Origin: Phoronis australis
Taxonomy: Eukaryota > Animalia > Phoronida
DNA: 64,000 bases
Direction of reading: 5' to 3'
Assembly: GCA_002633005.1 (NCBI GenBank)
Contig: NMRA01000827.1
Location: forward strand, 11,451-75,450
Below, piece by piece: positions 13,703 to 27,020 of this stretch. Both the position numbers and the translations under genes were made by a program. The stretch's first letter is position 1. Each line of letters starts with the position of its first letter. The notes under the pieces were generated by a model. The model saw only the letters and a list, made by a program, of their open reading frames with translations. It was not told the origin of the DNA and did no database searches.

Positions 13703-13823
13703 AAGTTGAAAGCTGTTAAGTTACTAGTCTATCAGAAAATTGGGTTTTCGCACTATTGAGCAGTTGAAAGCTGTTAGGCTACTAGTCTATCAGAAAATTG
13801 GGTTTTCGCACTATTGAGCAGTA
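13703..13823 (+). repeat. ~58-bp tandem duplication
   Basis: AGTTGAAAGCTGTTA..CTAGTCTATCAGAAAATTGGGTTTTCGCACTATTGAGC twice; a single diverged copy lies at about 24258-24325. Confidence 0.9.
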
Positions 13824-16800
13824 ACCACTCAAGGCATGCTTTGAAGGCCCCTTTTGCACGTGCATGACACCCTAACAAAATGTATCAGTAACGGGCGGCC
13901 TTTTGTTTTCGGTATAGGTAGGCTAGTACTACTTTGTCTTACAACCAAAGTATTGTGTATTATTGCAGGCAGAAAAATATGAAAAATATACCAGAGTTCG
14001 AAATCTTATATGTTTTTGGACTACAATGTACTACACTTTCGGACTACTGCACCTTCGTACTACTTCCAAGTAACCCGAGTGAACCCCATTTTGCGCATTT
14101 ATTGGTGTTAACTTTCTGTGACAGGAGTAAGGTTTCTCTCACTCACTTTCAACTGAAGTTAGTAATAAAACTTAACCCTTTATCAGTTTGAGGTGGGCAC
14201 TTTATGGCATAGATATTCTCTTTCGTACACTCAACATATTTTATGAGCCACATTTCCACGAGTTACCCTTCATTATAGGCCTCAAGGAGTCGTTGAAGCC
14301 TGTCTCGAGTGTTGGAGTGTGGTGACCCTGGTGTCAAGATCGATGATAAGATAGTTTAAGCATGCCTTGACAACGCCATATTCAACGTTGAACAACACTT
14401 TCTCAAGGTTATCTTCGACGTACAACACTCCGCGTCTCAAAGAGATATATTTGTCGACACTTTGTTAGAGCAGGTCTACCGTTTGCAGTGAAGTGTGGGG
14501 CGTACAGTACGTAAACTTGTAACCGCTGCAAGGTGCAAACATCTGCGTGTAACATAACAGGTATGTGAGATTCGTTAGCAAGCTTTTGGAAACAATACAA
14601 GCGAAACCGAGCAGATTTAAAGCTTCCTACCTTTACGTGCACACGTATGTATTTTGCACTGTGCTATATACCACAGAAATTCTCAACTCCAATGTTCAAC
14701 GTCTTCCTTTAGTAGAACCTAGGAGTGTTGATACCGTGAGTACTTTTTGAATTGCTACATGTACAAGCCGTGCGTCAGTTGCATATTTCAAACTTTAGCG
14801 TTAGACTGCGTATGTCGTCTGCTTGCATACAATAGCTCTGAACGGTTTGGGACCGTTGGTTATACTGTCTGTGAGCCTTTGACAACGCAATAAAGTAGTC
14901 CTGAAACGGACCGTTGAGTAAATTAACATTAACTATAGAGTATGCCGTCCTCACTAAAGTACTGGAGATCCACTTGGTTCAAGTTTTCATCAGGAAAGCT
15001 CGGATGAAAACAAAGAAGGTGACAAAAGCTTGCAGCCCATCTTTAGTGGATGTTGCCATTCACTAACGTAGTCACGAACCCTCTATCGTTCAGTTCTTGA
15101 GCCATAAATAATTCCGATTGACTGATGGAAAATCGCAAACAAGGTCTGTGTTTGCATAAGTCTCAACCTTTTTTAAGAAATGTGTGTAAATGTTTTGCCA
15201 ATGTTTTCTAACGTAGTTTGTATGTTCACCTTTGTGAAAAACCTAAATTACTTCTGTCTATAAGTTAAGGACTTTTTGTTCATGAAGAAGTCTTTTCTGA
15301 ACTTTCACATTCTGTCTTCGCCAGCCCGATTTTCGGACTCAACTTGGACACCTGTGTGGTCGTAAGTAGTTAGTCTTAAATCACTTTTCAGAAAATAGGT
15401 CCCAGGAAAAAATACCAATTCGTTAATGGCTGAGACCAGGCTCTCTGTGTTAGTTTATACACCGAGCACGTTCTGTGCTAGTCGGTGAAGCGACCCTTTC
15501 TCTAACAACAACGAATCAAATCGTCTGTCATCTTCTACTCTTAGTTTTTAAACTCATGACGCAATGTACAATTTAGTGATCCGCGTGGATGAATTCGTTC
15601 ACGAGTTCATATGTAGATGAAAAATATAAATGACGGAGAGACAAGCGAATAGGAAACTGTAGAATTGTCTTGTAAATAAATTTTTTGAAGGGATTGATTA
15701 CCATGTAGTTATGTTCGCCGAAGCATTTTCCTTGTTTGCTCTGTGTATTCTTCAATAAATATATATCACCTTAAAAATATATCATTTCTGTCATAAACGT
15801 CTTCACACGATTGTAATTTCTACGTGAGATATACATGTATGACGCAAAATTCTACACTTTAAACGTTAGAACTTCCAACCTTGTCCAAGGCTGGTTCTCC
15901 GACAAACATACATGTACGAGTTAATACGTACCGATCTCACCTCCAGTGATGCGTTTTGGTCACGTTATATCAGACCATTACCTGGATATGTATTGCGCTC
16001 ACCTCCAGTGATGCATTTTGATCAAACGAAATGCAAAGAATGAGCAATGTTCAAAATTTGTCAAAACTAAATCTGTTCAAACAATCTCCATTTCGGTACT
16101 TATTGTTCCAGTTTTACAACGTTTTATGCATGCTCGTGTTCTACATACTGCAGCCTACTTTCTGTTAAGATCCTCTGATGAAAGAAAAAGCACGCTCATT
16201 AGATACAATGTTTGTCAGTTTCCGTGATGCGTTATCACCGTACATATAGGTTATCCGACATACATAGGAATACTACTGTCATATTCTATCCAGAATTCAC
16301 TTCATAATGGTAATGTCCCAACTAGACCGAAAGTAGAGTTTGGACATTCCCAGATCAAATGACTTCGAGATAGGATAGCGCAATAGTATTCCTATTTACG
16401 TAGGGTCCTATTTATCCCATATTATTGGCATCTCAGCGATAACTTTTTATTATTATGTTTGGATTGTTGTTTTATCAGACGTTATATATACGTAAAAGCC
16501 AATAATATTATTATACACTGTACGTGCCGGTTAAAGTCCTTATCTTTAAATGCCAATGTGGCTACAATATCCGACAATACTTAATAAATAAAATCTTATT
16601 TTCGTGAAGACTTAAGTAAATTGAACGCAGCTCAGTTAAACACACTAAAAAGTTCAGCTACTTGTCCAAACTACTCTTAGCTCCACTAGCGTAACAACAG
16701 ACTGCTACGGCATGCGTGACGTCGTTGGTTCGAAACCGTGTAAATGCCGTCCTCAAACCTCTACTCTACCTTCATAAAATTATTTCTGTGAGTGATCACC

Positions 16801-16824
16801 TAATTTTATTTCCTCTCTTTGCAG
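16801..16824 (+). promoter_or_regulatory. Probable 5'-UTR splice acceptor of MFS gene 1
   Basis: Polypyrimidine tract plus TTGCAG 125 bp upstream of the ATG; conserved in the paralog (TTGCAG ending 33571). Confidence 0.55.
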
Positions 16825-16948
16825 GATTTATCCGCGTCCACACAGTGCAGTTAACATACGATGCAGTATACGACGTGATTTCTTATGTCGGATTTGCCAA
16901 TTTGAAGCTGAATAAATCCTCTTCAACTTGAAAAAAGCACACACCGGA

Positions 16949-18448
16949 ATGGAAGGAGCGTCCTTTGAGCACCTGTCAAAAAATAGAAACAACAAAAACG
17001 AGGAAAGCGCCGTAGTTGACAGTCCTACAGAAAATGGTGTTTCCCGTGAGAGTTTCAAGAAGAAGGTGTACTTTACGATAGGAGTGTACTACGCCGTGTA
17101 CAGCATTGGAGTCACGTGCTCGATATTGGGGCCAAGCCTTATAGATTTACAAGAGCTTTATCAAGTCAGCACGTCAACAGTAGTTGTGCTATTTACGTGT
17201 GTATCAGCCGGATATCTTACTGGTTCTCTGATTGGAGGATACTTGTTTGCAAAACTGAACGACCAGTTCTACTTCTTTCTGTCGATCAGTTGCTTGACAA
17301 TTACCTTTGGAGCCTCACCTTGGCTTCCTCATTTCGTGGCCTTCTGTGCGGTTATGTCTGTCAGTGGAGTTTGCCAAGGTCTGCTAGAAGTGGCTTGCCA
17401 CGTGTACGTAATGTCCACGTGGAAATCGAGCAAACATATGGAGTCCCTAATTCTTCTAGTCTCAGTCGTATGGTCGCTCGGATCCACCACGGCGCCATTT
17501 TTGGTTGAGCCGTTTCTTTCTCTAAACAATCCGTTGTCAGAGGCAAATAACTTCACAACAAACAATACACTGTTTGACAGTACAGATGTGATTCCCCCCT
17601 TTAGAGGCACAAGTGTGGCAGTTGGATTAACTGTAGCGGCGCTTGTGACGTCTGTTGGGGCTTTCCTGTGCGGAACTGCATTCTGTTGGGATGGTATGAG
17701 ATACACACGTGAACATTGCACTAACGAAGACGTTGACAAGAAGCAGGAGGTGTCCTGCTCTTTTAAATTTAGCATCGTCGTTTTCAGTGTTAGTTTGTAT
17801 TTCTTCTATGTAGGTCTTGAACAGTGCTTGGGAAACTTGCTCACGACATATGTGGTGGAAGGCTTGAAATGGGACAAGTATAAGGGACCCTTGATAACAT
17901 CTATTATGTGGGGTGTATTCGGATTTTCCCAGGTTGTTACCGTGTTCCTTACAAAGATTTTCACTTCTGTGAAAATCGTAATCTCGCACACGGTTTTAGT
18001 GTGTGTCGCGTATATTGTCTTGAGCACAATGGCTCAATTCCACGAGACTGTCGTGTGGGTGTGCGTAGCTACCATAGGCTACGGACAGGGCCCATTCTTC
18101 CATTGTGCAATGCTAGTAATTAACAAATACGTCGTTGTAGATAGTTTCATGTCTTGTGCTATGGTTTCTGGTGCGTGTGTCTCAATGATGGCTACTGTGC
18201 CGCTAGTAGGTTACATTTATGCCACCTATGGGAAAAATGCCATGATCTACACCATGACTGGTCTAGCGTTTGCAATACTGTTTGACTTTATTGGAATGGT
18301 TTTATTTGCACGGCGTTACCAAATTTTAAAGCCACACCCGCACACAGAGACCAATGTGTCACGAGAATTGTCAACATCATCAAAACTCGAGTTAACCGCG
18401 ATAAGCGATGGGCACCTATTCAACGACAATGCGCCATCAACACCGTAA
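16949..18448 (+). CDS. Major facilitator superfamily transporter, MFSD4/sodium-dependent glucose transporter 1-like (499 aa)
   Basis: Uninterrupted ORF with about 12 hydrophobic segments in two halves; motifs GPSLIDL, GYLTGSLIGG, APFLVEPFL, FFYVGLE. ATG 16949 matches the paralog start; the TTG start in the track is not used. Confidence 0.92.
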   Translation: MEGASFEHLSKNRNNKNEESAVVDSPTENGVSRESFKKKVYFTIGVYYAVYSIGVTCSILGPSLIDLQELYQVSTSTVVVLFTCVSAGYLTGSLIGGYLFAKLNDQFYFFLSISCLTITFGASPWLPHFVAFCAVMSVSGVCQGLLEVACHVYVMSTWKSSKHMESLILLVSVVWSLGSTTAPFLVEPFLSLNNPLSEANNFTTNNTLFDSTDVIPPFRGTSVAVGLTVAALVTSVGAFLCGTAFCWDGMRYTREHCTNEDVDKKQEVSCSFKFSIVVFSVSLYFFYVGLEQCLGNLLTTYVVEGLKWDKYKGPLITSIMWGVFGFSQVVTVFLTKIFTSVKIVISHTVLVCVAYIVLSTMAQFHETVVWVCVATIGYGQGPFFHCAMLVINKYVVVDSFMSCAMVSGACVSMMATVPLVGYIYATYGKNAMIYTMTGLAFAILFDFIGMVLFARRYQILKPHPHTETNVSRELSTSSKLELTAISDGHLFNDNAPSTP

Positions 18449-21165
18449 ATGTATACCAAAAGTGCACTGCAGATATGTGAATTACTTTGACGGAGATATT
18501 TGTATTCTTGGCCTCAATCGCGTTTCGATGGAACGTCTCCGTCGTGACATACGTTACCACAATTTTGTTGCCGACTCACTGGCAGAAGAACTTTCAGGTT
18601 GTACACCGCCTGGTGCAACACCCCACAATAAATGTCAATGGAGCGGTGCAAATGGTCCGTTTCAGTAGTATAAGGGAGCATGCTATTTACACTGAAACGT
18701 TGGTGATTTGCAATAAATATTTCGGTGATAATGTTGGATGGAATGAGTAGCGAACGTGATGTGAAAAAAATTCTCAGACAAAGTTGTTCCACCCAGTTTG
18801 AAAATCTTGAATATTCATCGATTAATATTAAATCAGTTTGTTTTGAATGTTTTCACTTGCATAAGTCAATCTCTAGGTACATGGGTAGTATTTTGAATAT
18901 TTCGAGAGATCAGTGAAAACAGACATTGATATCAAAGTACTTCTACTCGTAAACTTTCATGCCTTTGCATTTAGAAAAACCGATGTACCCATAAACTTTT
19001 CATTATGTTGTCACTATGTTTTTTTTGTTATTCAGTAAACTGGTTTCATGTGCAAAATGTACGCCAGTTGTTTCAGATGAATTCAGCTGCCTTCATTGAC
19101 CGAAGGTGAGCGCCAAGCAATTGTGGGACATTTTCAGACCTTTTAATTTTCAACGACATTAGTTATTTCAAACCGTTTTTGTATGAACGCTGGTATATTT
19201 ACTAGATATTCACGGAGTTTTGCTCAACTGCAGCGGCCGGAGAAAGACCTCCCATTTTAGTTAGGTTCATTGCTCATGTGACAAATACCAGAGAACATTA
19301 ACGTGACATGTCTGCAGATTACAAATCGTTTAAACCTCATTTCTTCTTAAACGAGCATATTTCTACACGTTGAAAATATGCGTAAATTAAAATTAGGCGT
19401 AGATTAAGCAATAGTACGCGTAGATTAAGCAAAGGTACGCGTATATTTAGCAGATTTCTTCGCATAGAAATGTAGTTAGGCCTACTACTCGTCTAAGAAC
19501 CCTTCGGCGCACAGTACGTCCCTGCCTCCAGGGCGTAGTCGACTTCGTGCAAGTCGAAAATACAGTCAAGTTCCTGATTGTACTGTCATTCTTATTTGGA
19601 AAGCCAGGTGAACTGACTATCCTAATAGATGTCGCTTCAGCGCTACACATTAATATGTACTAGCACCGGTGCAGTACATGCGCACAGTGAAGTTTTGAAT
19701 GAGTTCTTATTCACCAGTGAACAGCAAAAAGGAATAACTAAAAATAAGAGAGTTGATGGAATGACGGGACCAACATGCACCTTTGTTCAGGGCCGGGCTT
19801 ACCTCATTAAGTTACTATGACCAGTCATGAGCCGGTACTAACCTAAAGTCAATGTTTGCATGTCTGGGTTCGATCACTTTTCGTCTCGATGGCGTACTGA
19901 ACTAGAGCGCGTCTGGTAACAGCAGGAGGTCTCGGATTTGTAACTGCCCTATCGCCAGGATTATGACGGCTTGACTGTCAAACATTCGAAATAGTATCTC
20001 TTTGTGCGAGTCGATAAAATTGCATACATGTACAATAACTTATTTTGTATAGAAATGAATCTGTAGTTGCATTCGTAATGATTTGTCATTGTAATCTTAA
20101 CATCAGTCTTTTAATTTAGGCTTATGTTTTTGGGTATAATAATTGTATATATTTGTTTGTATGTATTAAACGCAGATACAATGCCTCTTGGCGCTTTCTG
20201 GGTCATGTATATTTATTGTACTGAAAATGTCATGATAAACATTAAAAAGATGAAAAACTGACCAATCAGAACGCAGCATTCTTGACACACCTTCCTCTGC
20301 GTTTCCAAGTCAACATTTTTTCCGAAAAACAACAGGTTGCCTGTAAAGTAAGATACAACTCATTTTAAGGTTGTTCAAACATGACATTTAGATTGATGAA
20401 GCCATTTTGTTTGATCTTCATTTTTCTTGGGTAAGTCCATCGTCTTCGAAAAGCGCCACAGATAACTGAATTGTGTGAATATTTGTTAGCATTTGTGACG
20501 GAAAACTGAATCAAAGTCATAAAAGTTGAAAATGTCATCCTCTCCCTGGTAAAGGGAGGCACTCAGCGTTATGGGGATGATGAGGACCCGTGCCTCTGAG
20601 GTTGGTGCGTGTTTCAAATTTTTGCTTCCACAGTTTCCCTGCCCTTGATGGTCAGTGGCAAGCTTAGCAAGGCTTGGGAGCTTAATATATATCGCCCGTT
20701 TGCTCGAGTGAGTGGTTTCTTCAGAATCCGGTATTGTATAAACCGCGAGAGCACAGAGCAAAACCATAATGTCCGGTAGCGAGCTCTTTCGGCAAATATG
20801 CGAGGCACAACTTAGTACAGTCAGAGTCGGAATCACTTATTTTGGGCCAGTTTCAGCACAATCTCACCAAAGATTTAATCACAACGCTCCTGGGTCCTTT
20901 CCACCTCTTCCACCAAGTGACAATCGGCTGCACGTAACCATGTTGTTGAGTAAAACGTGGGTTTTCAGGGAGTGATCCAAATCGACGTTTATTAAATAAG
21001 ATGGCGACTAATGGCCAAATGCACATGCGCAAAGGAACATTTGACCTAACACCATCGACAGATCTCATTTTTGTTCGACTTCCACAGCTTTAGAAAATTT
21101 GAATACAGATACGTTCTCAGTCAAGTTGCTGTTACTACAACTTCCACACACGCACATGTGTGAAA

Positions 21166-21294
21166 CATTGGGCGGCGCAGCACTGAAAATTGTAGTCCCC
21201 AATCTCCTGTGGTGTACCGCCCATAGACGGTGCAGCACTGGAAAAAGTGGAGGGGGGCTTTAGCCTGCCGAGACCCCTATGGTGCGCCGCCCAT
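21166..21294. mobile_element. Tiny TIR element; related sequence at about 60404-60471
   Basis: TGGGCGGCGCA ... TGCGCCGCCCA inverted ends, with similar ends near 60404-60471. Confidence 0.5.
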
Positions 21295-22904
21295 ATGAAA
21301 AAGGCGGCTCTCCTCTGACTTTCTTCACAACTCCTCAGTATTGCAACAACAGTCATGGAGAAGACAGTTTTCCACTAAGTAGGGCCTACGTACAACGTCG
21401 ATAACAGAAAAAAAAAATTTTTACAAATTTTAGGCTTGTTTCTTAGCTACAGGTATACTAAAGCCTTTAAGTCTCGTAAGGTGTATTGATAAGATTCTTT
21501 TTGCGACACAGGGTCATGGAGGGTACTCTTTGAACTAAACTCAACCTGGTTATCTCATTTATGCCAGTTGTCCCATAACGACACTAATTGAAACGCCGTA
21601 AAATTTAGTATAAAAATAGCATGACTCACATTCTTGTAATTGTTGAAACACTAGGTGTCACTAAATACAACTATCTACCCTTGATTAACTGACAACGCAG
21701 CCAGCTATTGTGACGCCACGCCATTCATTTGGGAAGAATATGACTCAAAGACAAAAGTAAGTAAAATAATATTTTCACTTATGTAACTTCATGGAACCTT
21801 CGACATTTGTTAACTACGTGTTTGTTGATAATACATGTATCTAAGACATAACTGATTCATTTTTTAACTTAGCAATTACTATATTTTAATTACACATATG
21901 TACTACTAGTGTTGATTTTTATCATAATTTGACAGGTTTTTCACTATAAATGATGCTTTGTTATTTTGCGGATGTTGCAACTTTGGAACGGAACCCCCAC
22001 GTTGCGTTTCCTGACTATCCAAACAACTTCGATTCAAAGAATAATATTTCATTTGAAGATCATTCGAGCAAAACGCGCTATTTGGATCAAATTATCACGA
22101 GAATGGCGTTTTCACCACCGTGTAAAACCTACTGCCGGAGAGAACCAGAATTCGCGTTAAGACGAATGCAATGTGAAAATTTCTTGGGAGAGTGCCTCCA
22201 AACCCCCGTCACCCTCGCTCTTCCGGTTGCTCTTAAGTGTTTTCGTCTGCGCGCGTCCCTTCGGAATTGCCTAAGCCTAGGCTGTGAATTGCGGATTAGT
22301 AAAAAAGTCTTACAAATCAAGATGTGCACTGCGTGTGCTTTAGTTTTTATATTGTGTTGCCGCGTGATGGCCCAGCATGTCTAAGTTATTTTTTGCTCTG
22401 GTTACGTGCAATGTTCTGATTTATATGTTTATGCCCCTACGAAAATTGACTGATTCACTAACGACTTGTTGACTATTATTCGTGAGTAAAAGTTGACGCT
22501 GGCAGAAAATTGGGGAAATCTCTATCACCCATTCCCAATCAGCAAAGTGCACAAAAGGATTTTCGCCAAAATGGTGTAACTAAGTAGGATGCTGACATTT
22601 CGACAGTTCAAAGTCAATATCCAGGCCCTAGGGGCAGCCACTAAAAATTCGGTCACTCATTTTCGCCAAAGGCTTTATGAAACCGCCCTTAGACAATGCA
22701 CCCTTTTCAAAGTGTATCCCTTCATTAATCAAAATGAATCTTGACCCTAGCCCTCATTTTCACTCTCCGAAATAGACAAAACTATCACCAAAATTTGTTT
22801 TTGATACACACCTACTCATTCTGAGGTCTTACAGACCGGGTGATATTGTCAAGTGTCGTGTATCCCACAGGTTAAAATACAGAACTTATGAAAGTAATAT
22901 TTAA

Positions 22905-23420
22905 AGGAGAAGGCAACATTTTTTCATGTCATCTTTAGTAAAAATACGGTTCGTTGATTATATCAGATTCTTTTTCGGTTAATAACGGCTTCCCGTAAAT
23001 TTATTTATTAGTCGTGCCTTACTCCGGTAGGGACGTTTCCAGTGTTAAGAATTTCTCGCCATTTCGATTTCATATAGTACGACTGTGTGATCTGTCGAGT
23101 CAGTCATTGTTTTACCTCGTTCGGTTGTCGTTTGTGTTTGTTTACGAGTCACTCAACATGCCGCACGGTTGCTGCGCACCGGCGTGTACTCATTACTCTC
23201 GCGCACTTTGGGTATGCCCTTACGACTCTTTCCGAAAGATGACACGCTCCACCGTACTTGGCCCGTTTGTGTAAAGAAAGCAGCGTTACCACCCACGCAA
23301 CTTGCAAAGCACTAGAGAATTAAAGAGTCTTTGGCAACCATTTTTAGCTGTTGGATTACGAAAGAGATATGTACGCAGAATTGATGAAGGTTCCGGCAAA
23401 ACAACGACTGAAGAAGGGTG
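22905..23420 (+). mobile_element. Kolobok-like left end with decayed THAP ORF
   Basis: TTAA|AGGAGAAGGCAAC terminus; from 23158 MPHGCCAPAC, then (frameshift) LFPKDDTLHRTW. Homologous end at 54477-54700. Confidence 0.65.
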
Positions 23421-26145
23421 CCATACTGTCGCTGTTGTGCCCTGTCGCCACCCCCGAGAAGTGCATTTTTGAAGCGAGTAGCCTCGCAAACTGTGGCCTC
23501 AAAAATGACTGGTGACGCTTCACCTACTGCCACCCGTGCCTCCGAACGCGCGCCAAAGCGTACAATTCCGGGAACTAGCAGTGATTCGCCCTGTGCTGGT
23601 GTTGGCTCCAGCCCAGAGCCTGTAAGCAGTCCTGCATCGATGTTGAGTATTGGGAGTCAATACAAGCCAAGTTCGACACCTAGTCGGGAGGACAATTCGT
23701 TGTCCAGTGGTCAGGCCGGTGAGCCAAACTTTAAAAAGTTTTATTGCGTCCTGGCCCACAAGTTTCCTGTCACCCTCCCAATTCTTTGTTTCACAGCTTG
23801 TATTACTTGACTGTAACTACCAGTCGTTCTCTCTGTCACGACTACGACTCGAGGACAAGAGGCAGTGCTTGTCGCTGGTCGTAAATTCGCTTAGCTGGTT
23901 TGGTTTGATCATTTGCTGTAGAGTCGTACGTTCACGTCATTAAGTAAACTCCGTCAATCGAGATCGTCCGTAGTGCCAACGAAACACTTTTCCCGCCAAA
24001 CCTTTTCCTGATAATCATTCCAACATTCAATTTGAAGGGCACGGATTCCCCCAAAAGCTTATAAGCTCTTGGGGAATCCGTGCCCTTAAAAGAATGAATA
24101 TCTAGTTGTCCAGATTCATCCTTATACATGTACGACTATGAACTTTTCTGGATGGATAAAGACTTACAATACAATACATTGAATAGTTATTTTTCTTGAA
24201 AAATGTTTTGTGTACTATGACAAAAAACACTGTAAAATCAAAAGTCAAGCTCGCTAAAGATTGGAAGCTGTTGGCTGCTACTAGGCTGTCGGAATATCGG
24301 GTTTTCGGACTATTGGGCAGTAACCACCCAAGACATCCTTTGAAGACCAACTGTGATCCAGCACCACAAAATGAGTCTTATATATGTATTTGTCATTTCT
24401 CTAATTGTTATTTATTCTAAAAATACAGTATTTTCTGATCATTTTGGTGTACGAAACATGTCCTTACCTTAACAAATGGCCGAGTTATTGCCATTTCTAG
24501 TCAGGGAAAGCGAAAATTTAGGAAAATGGTTGAGAAAAAGTGATGTTAGTGTCTTCAAAATTTCTATAGCAACTTTCAATTGAGTGCTAAATTTTAGGCT
24601 TAATATTTTATAAAACAACAAAAAAATTATCGACTTTATTGCGTAATTATGGCCATTTTCCAAGATGGCCACCATTCAATGAAAATGCAATGTCGTTGGC
24701 TACCATATAGATGAAAGAGAATCATGATTAGAAAAAGGGAGAGTTTTTTAAAAGACCTGAAACTAATCACATGAGAGCACAATTCAAGTGAGAAACAGAA
24801 TTTTTCTTTTTTTTTTAAATGAGTTGTTATGGTAACTCATACACTGTATTTCAAAATGGCCACCGTCAAACTTAAATGACTATACCAATTGCCAGTTGGT
24901 ACAATAATTCATAGGGCCAGGCATGTTCTTCACGCCAAGACTGAGGAATTGTCGAAGGAATAAGTATAATTACATATTGTCATGGTGACTAATTCAAAAT
25001 GGCTGCATTGAACTTTAATGACTATTCGAAAGTGGGTTTTCGGGGGATTTGTTAGCAACTGTTACACCTGAAAACGAAACAAAAACACTAAAAGTGCGAC
25101 ATGAGAACAACATTAAGTAAGGTCCATTGAGTAAACACTGCCATACACTAAGTCTCTCAATTCACAATTGAATAAATAAATAATTACTGTCGAGCTTAAA
25201 ATTCCCAAAATCATGAAATCTTTTGTGTCTCAAAAAAAAATATAAATTACAGTGTTTCATTAAAATTATCGTGACTAAATTGGTTTATACTGTTTAAGGT
25301 GACTAACTCTGTCTGTAGCATGACCGAAGGTCTCAAAAAATAATTTCATTTTCATGGAACAGACCCCGAAAAAGGAACAATATTCATGTTGGGCCACTGC
25401 AACTGCTTCAATAAATTTCCCAGCTCTTGTAAACAGGGTCAACTCACTTTGGGCAGAAGGGGTTACCGCAAGTAAAACAAGGTAGTAAAAGTGCAATTAT
25501 TTGGCGAAGTTTAATGAAACAAAGACCAGTCGGTTACAAAATATACATTAGTGGCTGACTATTGTTCACAATAATTTAAAATTCTACGTTAGTATGAATA
25601 ATTTTGAAAATAAATTACAGTGAGTAATCTCTACATATCCATATCCTTCACAGACACATGCAATGCAACGATTTCCTCGACATCAAACCACATGGTGCAG
25701 CCCTAGCAGTAACTTTCAGGTGCTGCACCAAGAACCATTGGCTTTGCGGGAACGAGACATTGCTCTGCGAGTAAGCTCATCCGGACTGTTTTCTTCAAGT
25801 TGTGCTTGTTCCAACGTAACGGGATTCACGATTGGTCGACCATCAAACTCATCATGCGACGAGTTGCTGTCTTCAGACGACGACTCTTCGCCGTCGCGAA
25901 GCTCGTCATCGACTCCATCCACAAAGTATTCTTCACTGAGTTCAGTTGCTGATCTTGATGAAGCAGTCCGCGGCAAGAGTTAATCAGATATAACTACACG
26001 GCGATCAGCCAACTTTCGGTCTGGTCAACATGCCGTGACCTCGCGACCCCACAACTTCACGCCCACTTGACATGTGCCAGCGAATGAGGTCAGCGTTGTT
26101 GTTAGCTGTTAAAACTAGTGAGTGTTGAATTTACTCCGAATGTAA

Positions 26146-27020
26146 TAAATATAGATTATTACATGGCGAAGTCGTTATCCCCCAATATCTAGAGCCCGAG
26201 TGGATTTTGGAGAATTATCGCCCGAGGGGCGTCAGCCCCGAGGGTGATAATTCTACAAAATCCACGAGGGCTCTAGATAAAGGGGATAACGACTGAGAAC
26301 ATGTAATAATCTATTTATACCACATACTAAACGAGAAACATTGCAATGAATCGATCTACCTTTCTCGACTCGCCTCGGCTTTGTAACTACTTTCTATGTC
26401 AGAGGCCCGGGGTCGGAGGTCGTGACCTTTTAAGAAAAGCCGAGCTATTTTTGTCAAATAATGCTTATACTCAAAACCAATTGGAAATTTAAACAAAATA
26501 GAAATGAAGTGAATCTCTAAATTAAGGTTAAGCAACTATTATAGCTTAAAACACGTTTTTTACACGCTAAGCTTCGACCGTGAAATTATCGTCTGCTAAA
26601 GTAGGTTACCACTGGTAACTGAATATAATTCTCAAGTCAAAGATCCTGACGACACGATACCCGCATTCAAACTGGAGATCGGTGATTTACAAGTAAGAGG
26701 ACATGAGAAAAAATTTCACTGAATTAAGATATCATTTTTATGGAAATTATGTGTCTTATTTTTCGTAGCGTATAAGTACAGTACAATGCGGTTGGTTGAA
26801 CGTGCGATTATTGCGCGTGCTCATTTAAGTATTCTATTTTCACTCTTGATGTCGTCAGTCGCTGCGTGGTGTAGTGGTAAAAGTCGGCGATCAGCGATAC
26901 CAAGGTCCCGGGTTCGACTCCGTCCTCGGTTTCCCGCCAAATCGTTATCTCACTAGTGAGATAACTTTATGGGTTATTACACGGTTTTATCTGCCATTTG
27001 ACGCTAATATTGTGGTATAA
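26146..27020 (+). mobile_element. Hairpin-headed non-autonomous element with internal tRNA-like cassette (possibly Crypton-type)
   Basis: Imperfect palindrome 26151-26314; inverted repeat TTATACCACA (26315) / TGTGGTATAA (27011-27020); A box 26867, B box 26911. Other copies at 53792-54476 (+) and 43110-43424 (-). Confidence 0.75.

Larger units (their letters stand above)
12270..13709 (+). repeat. Partial duplicate of the WBP1/VOPP1-like locus
   Basis: About 12270-12825 aligns with 45452-45942, and about 13160-13709 aligns with 55504-56080. Confidence 0.85.
13760..20620 (+). repeat. Segmental duplication unit 1 (MFS gene plus flanks)
   Basis: Collinear blocks match about 24258-24350, 27485-30195, 33430-36225 and 36840-37045. 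Confidence 0.85.

Noticed and set aside
16928-16948. TTG-initiated N-terminal extension
   Set aside because: Bacterial-style start; the paralog begins at the ATG equivalent to 16949.
17116-18123. Overlapping and antisense ORFs inside the MFS gene
   Set aside because: Shadow frames; their recurrence in paralog 2 simply reflects the duplication.
20486-20836. Minus-strand ORF partly shared with 36893-37108
   Set aside because: No recognisable domain; the similarity is explained by the segmental duplication.
24420-25475. Possible Academ-like non-autonomous element (repeated AAAATGGC motifs)
   Set aside because: I could not identify matching termini or a TSD.
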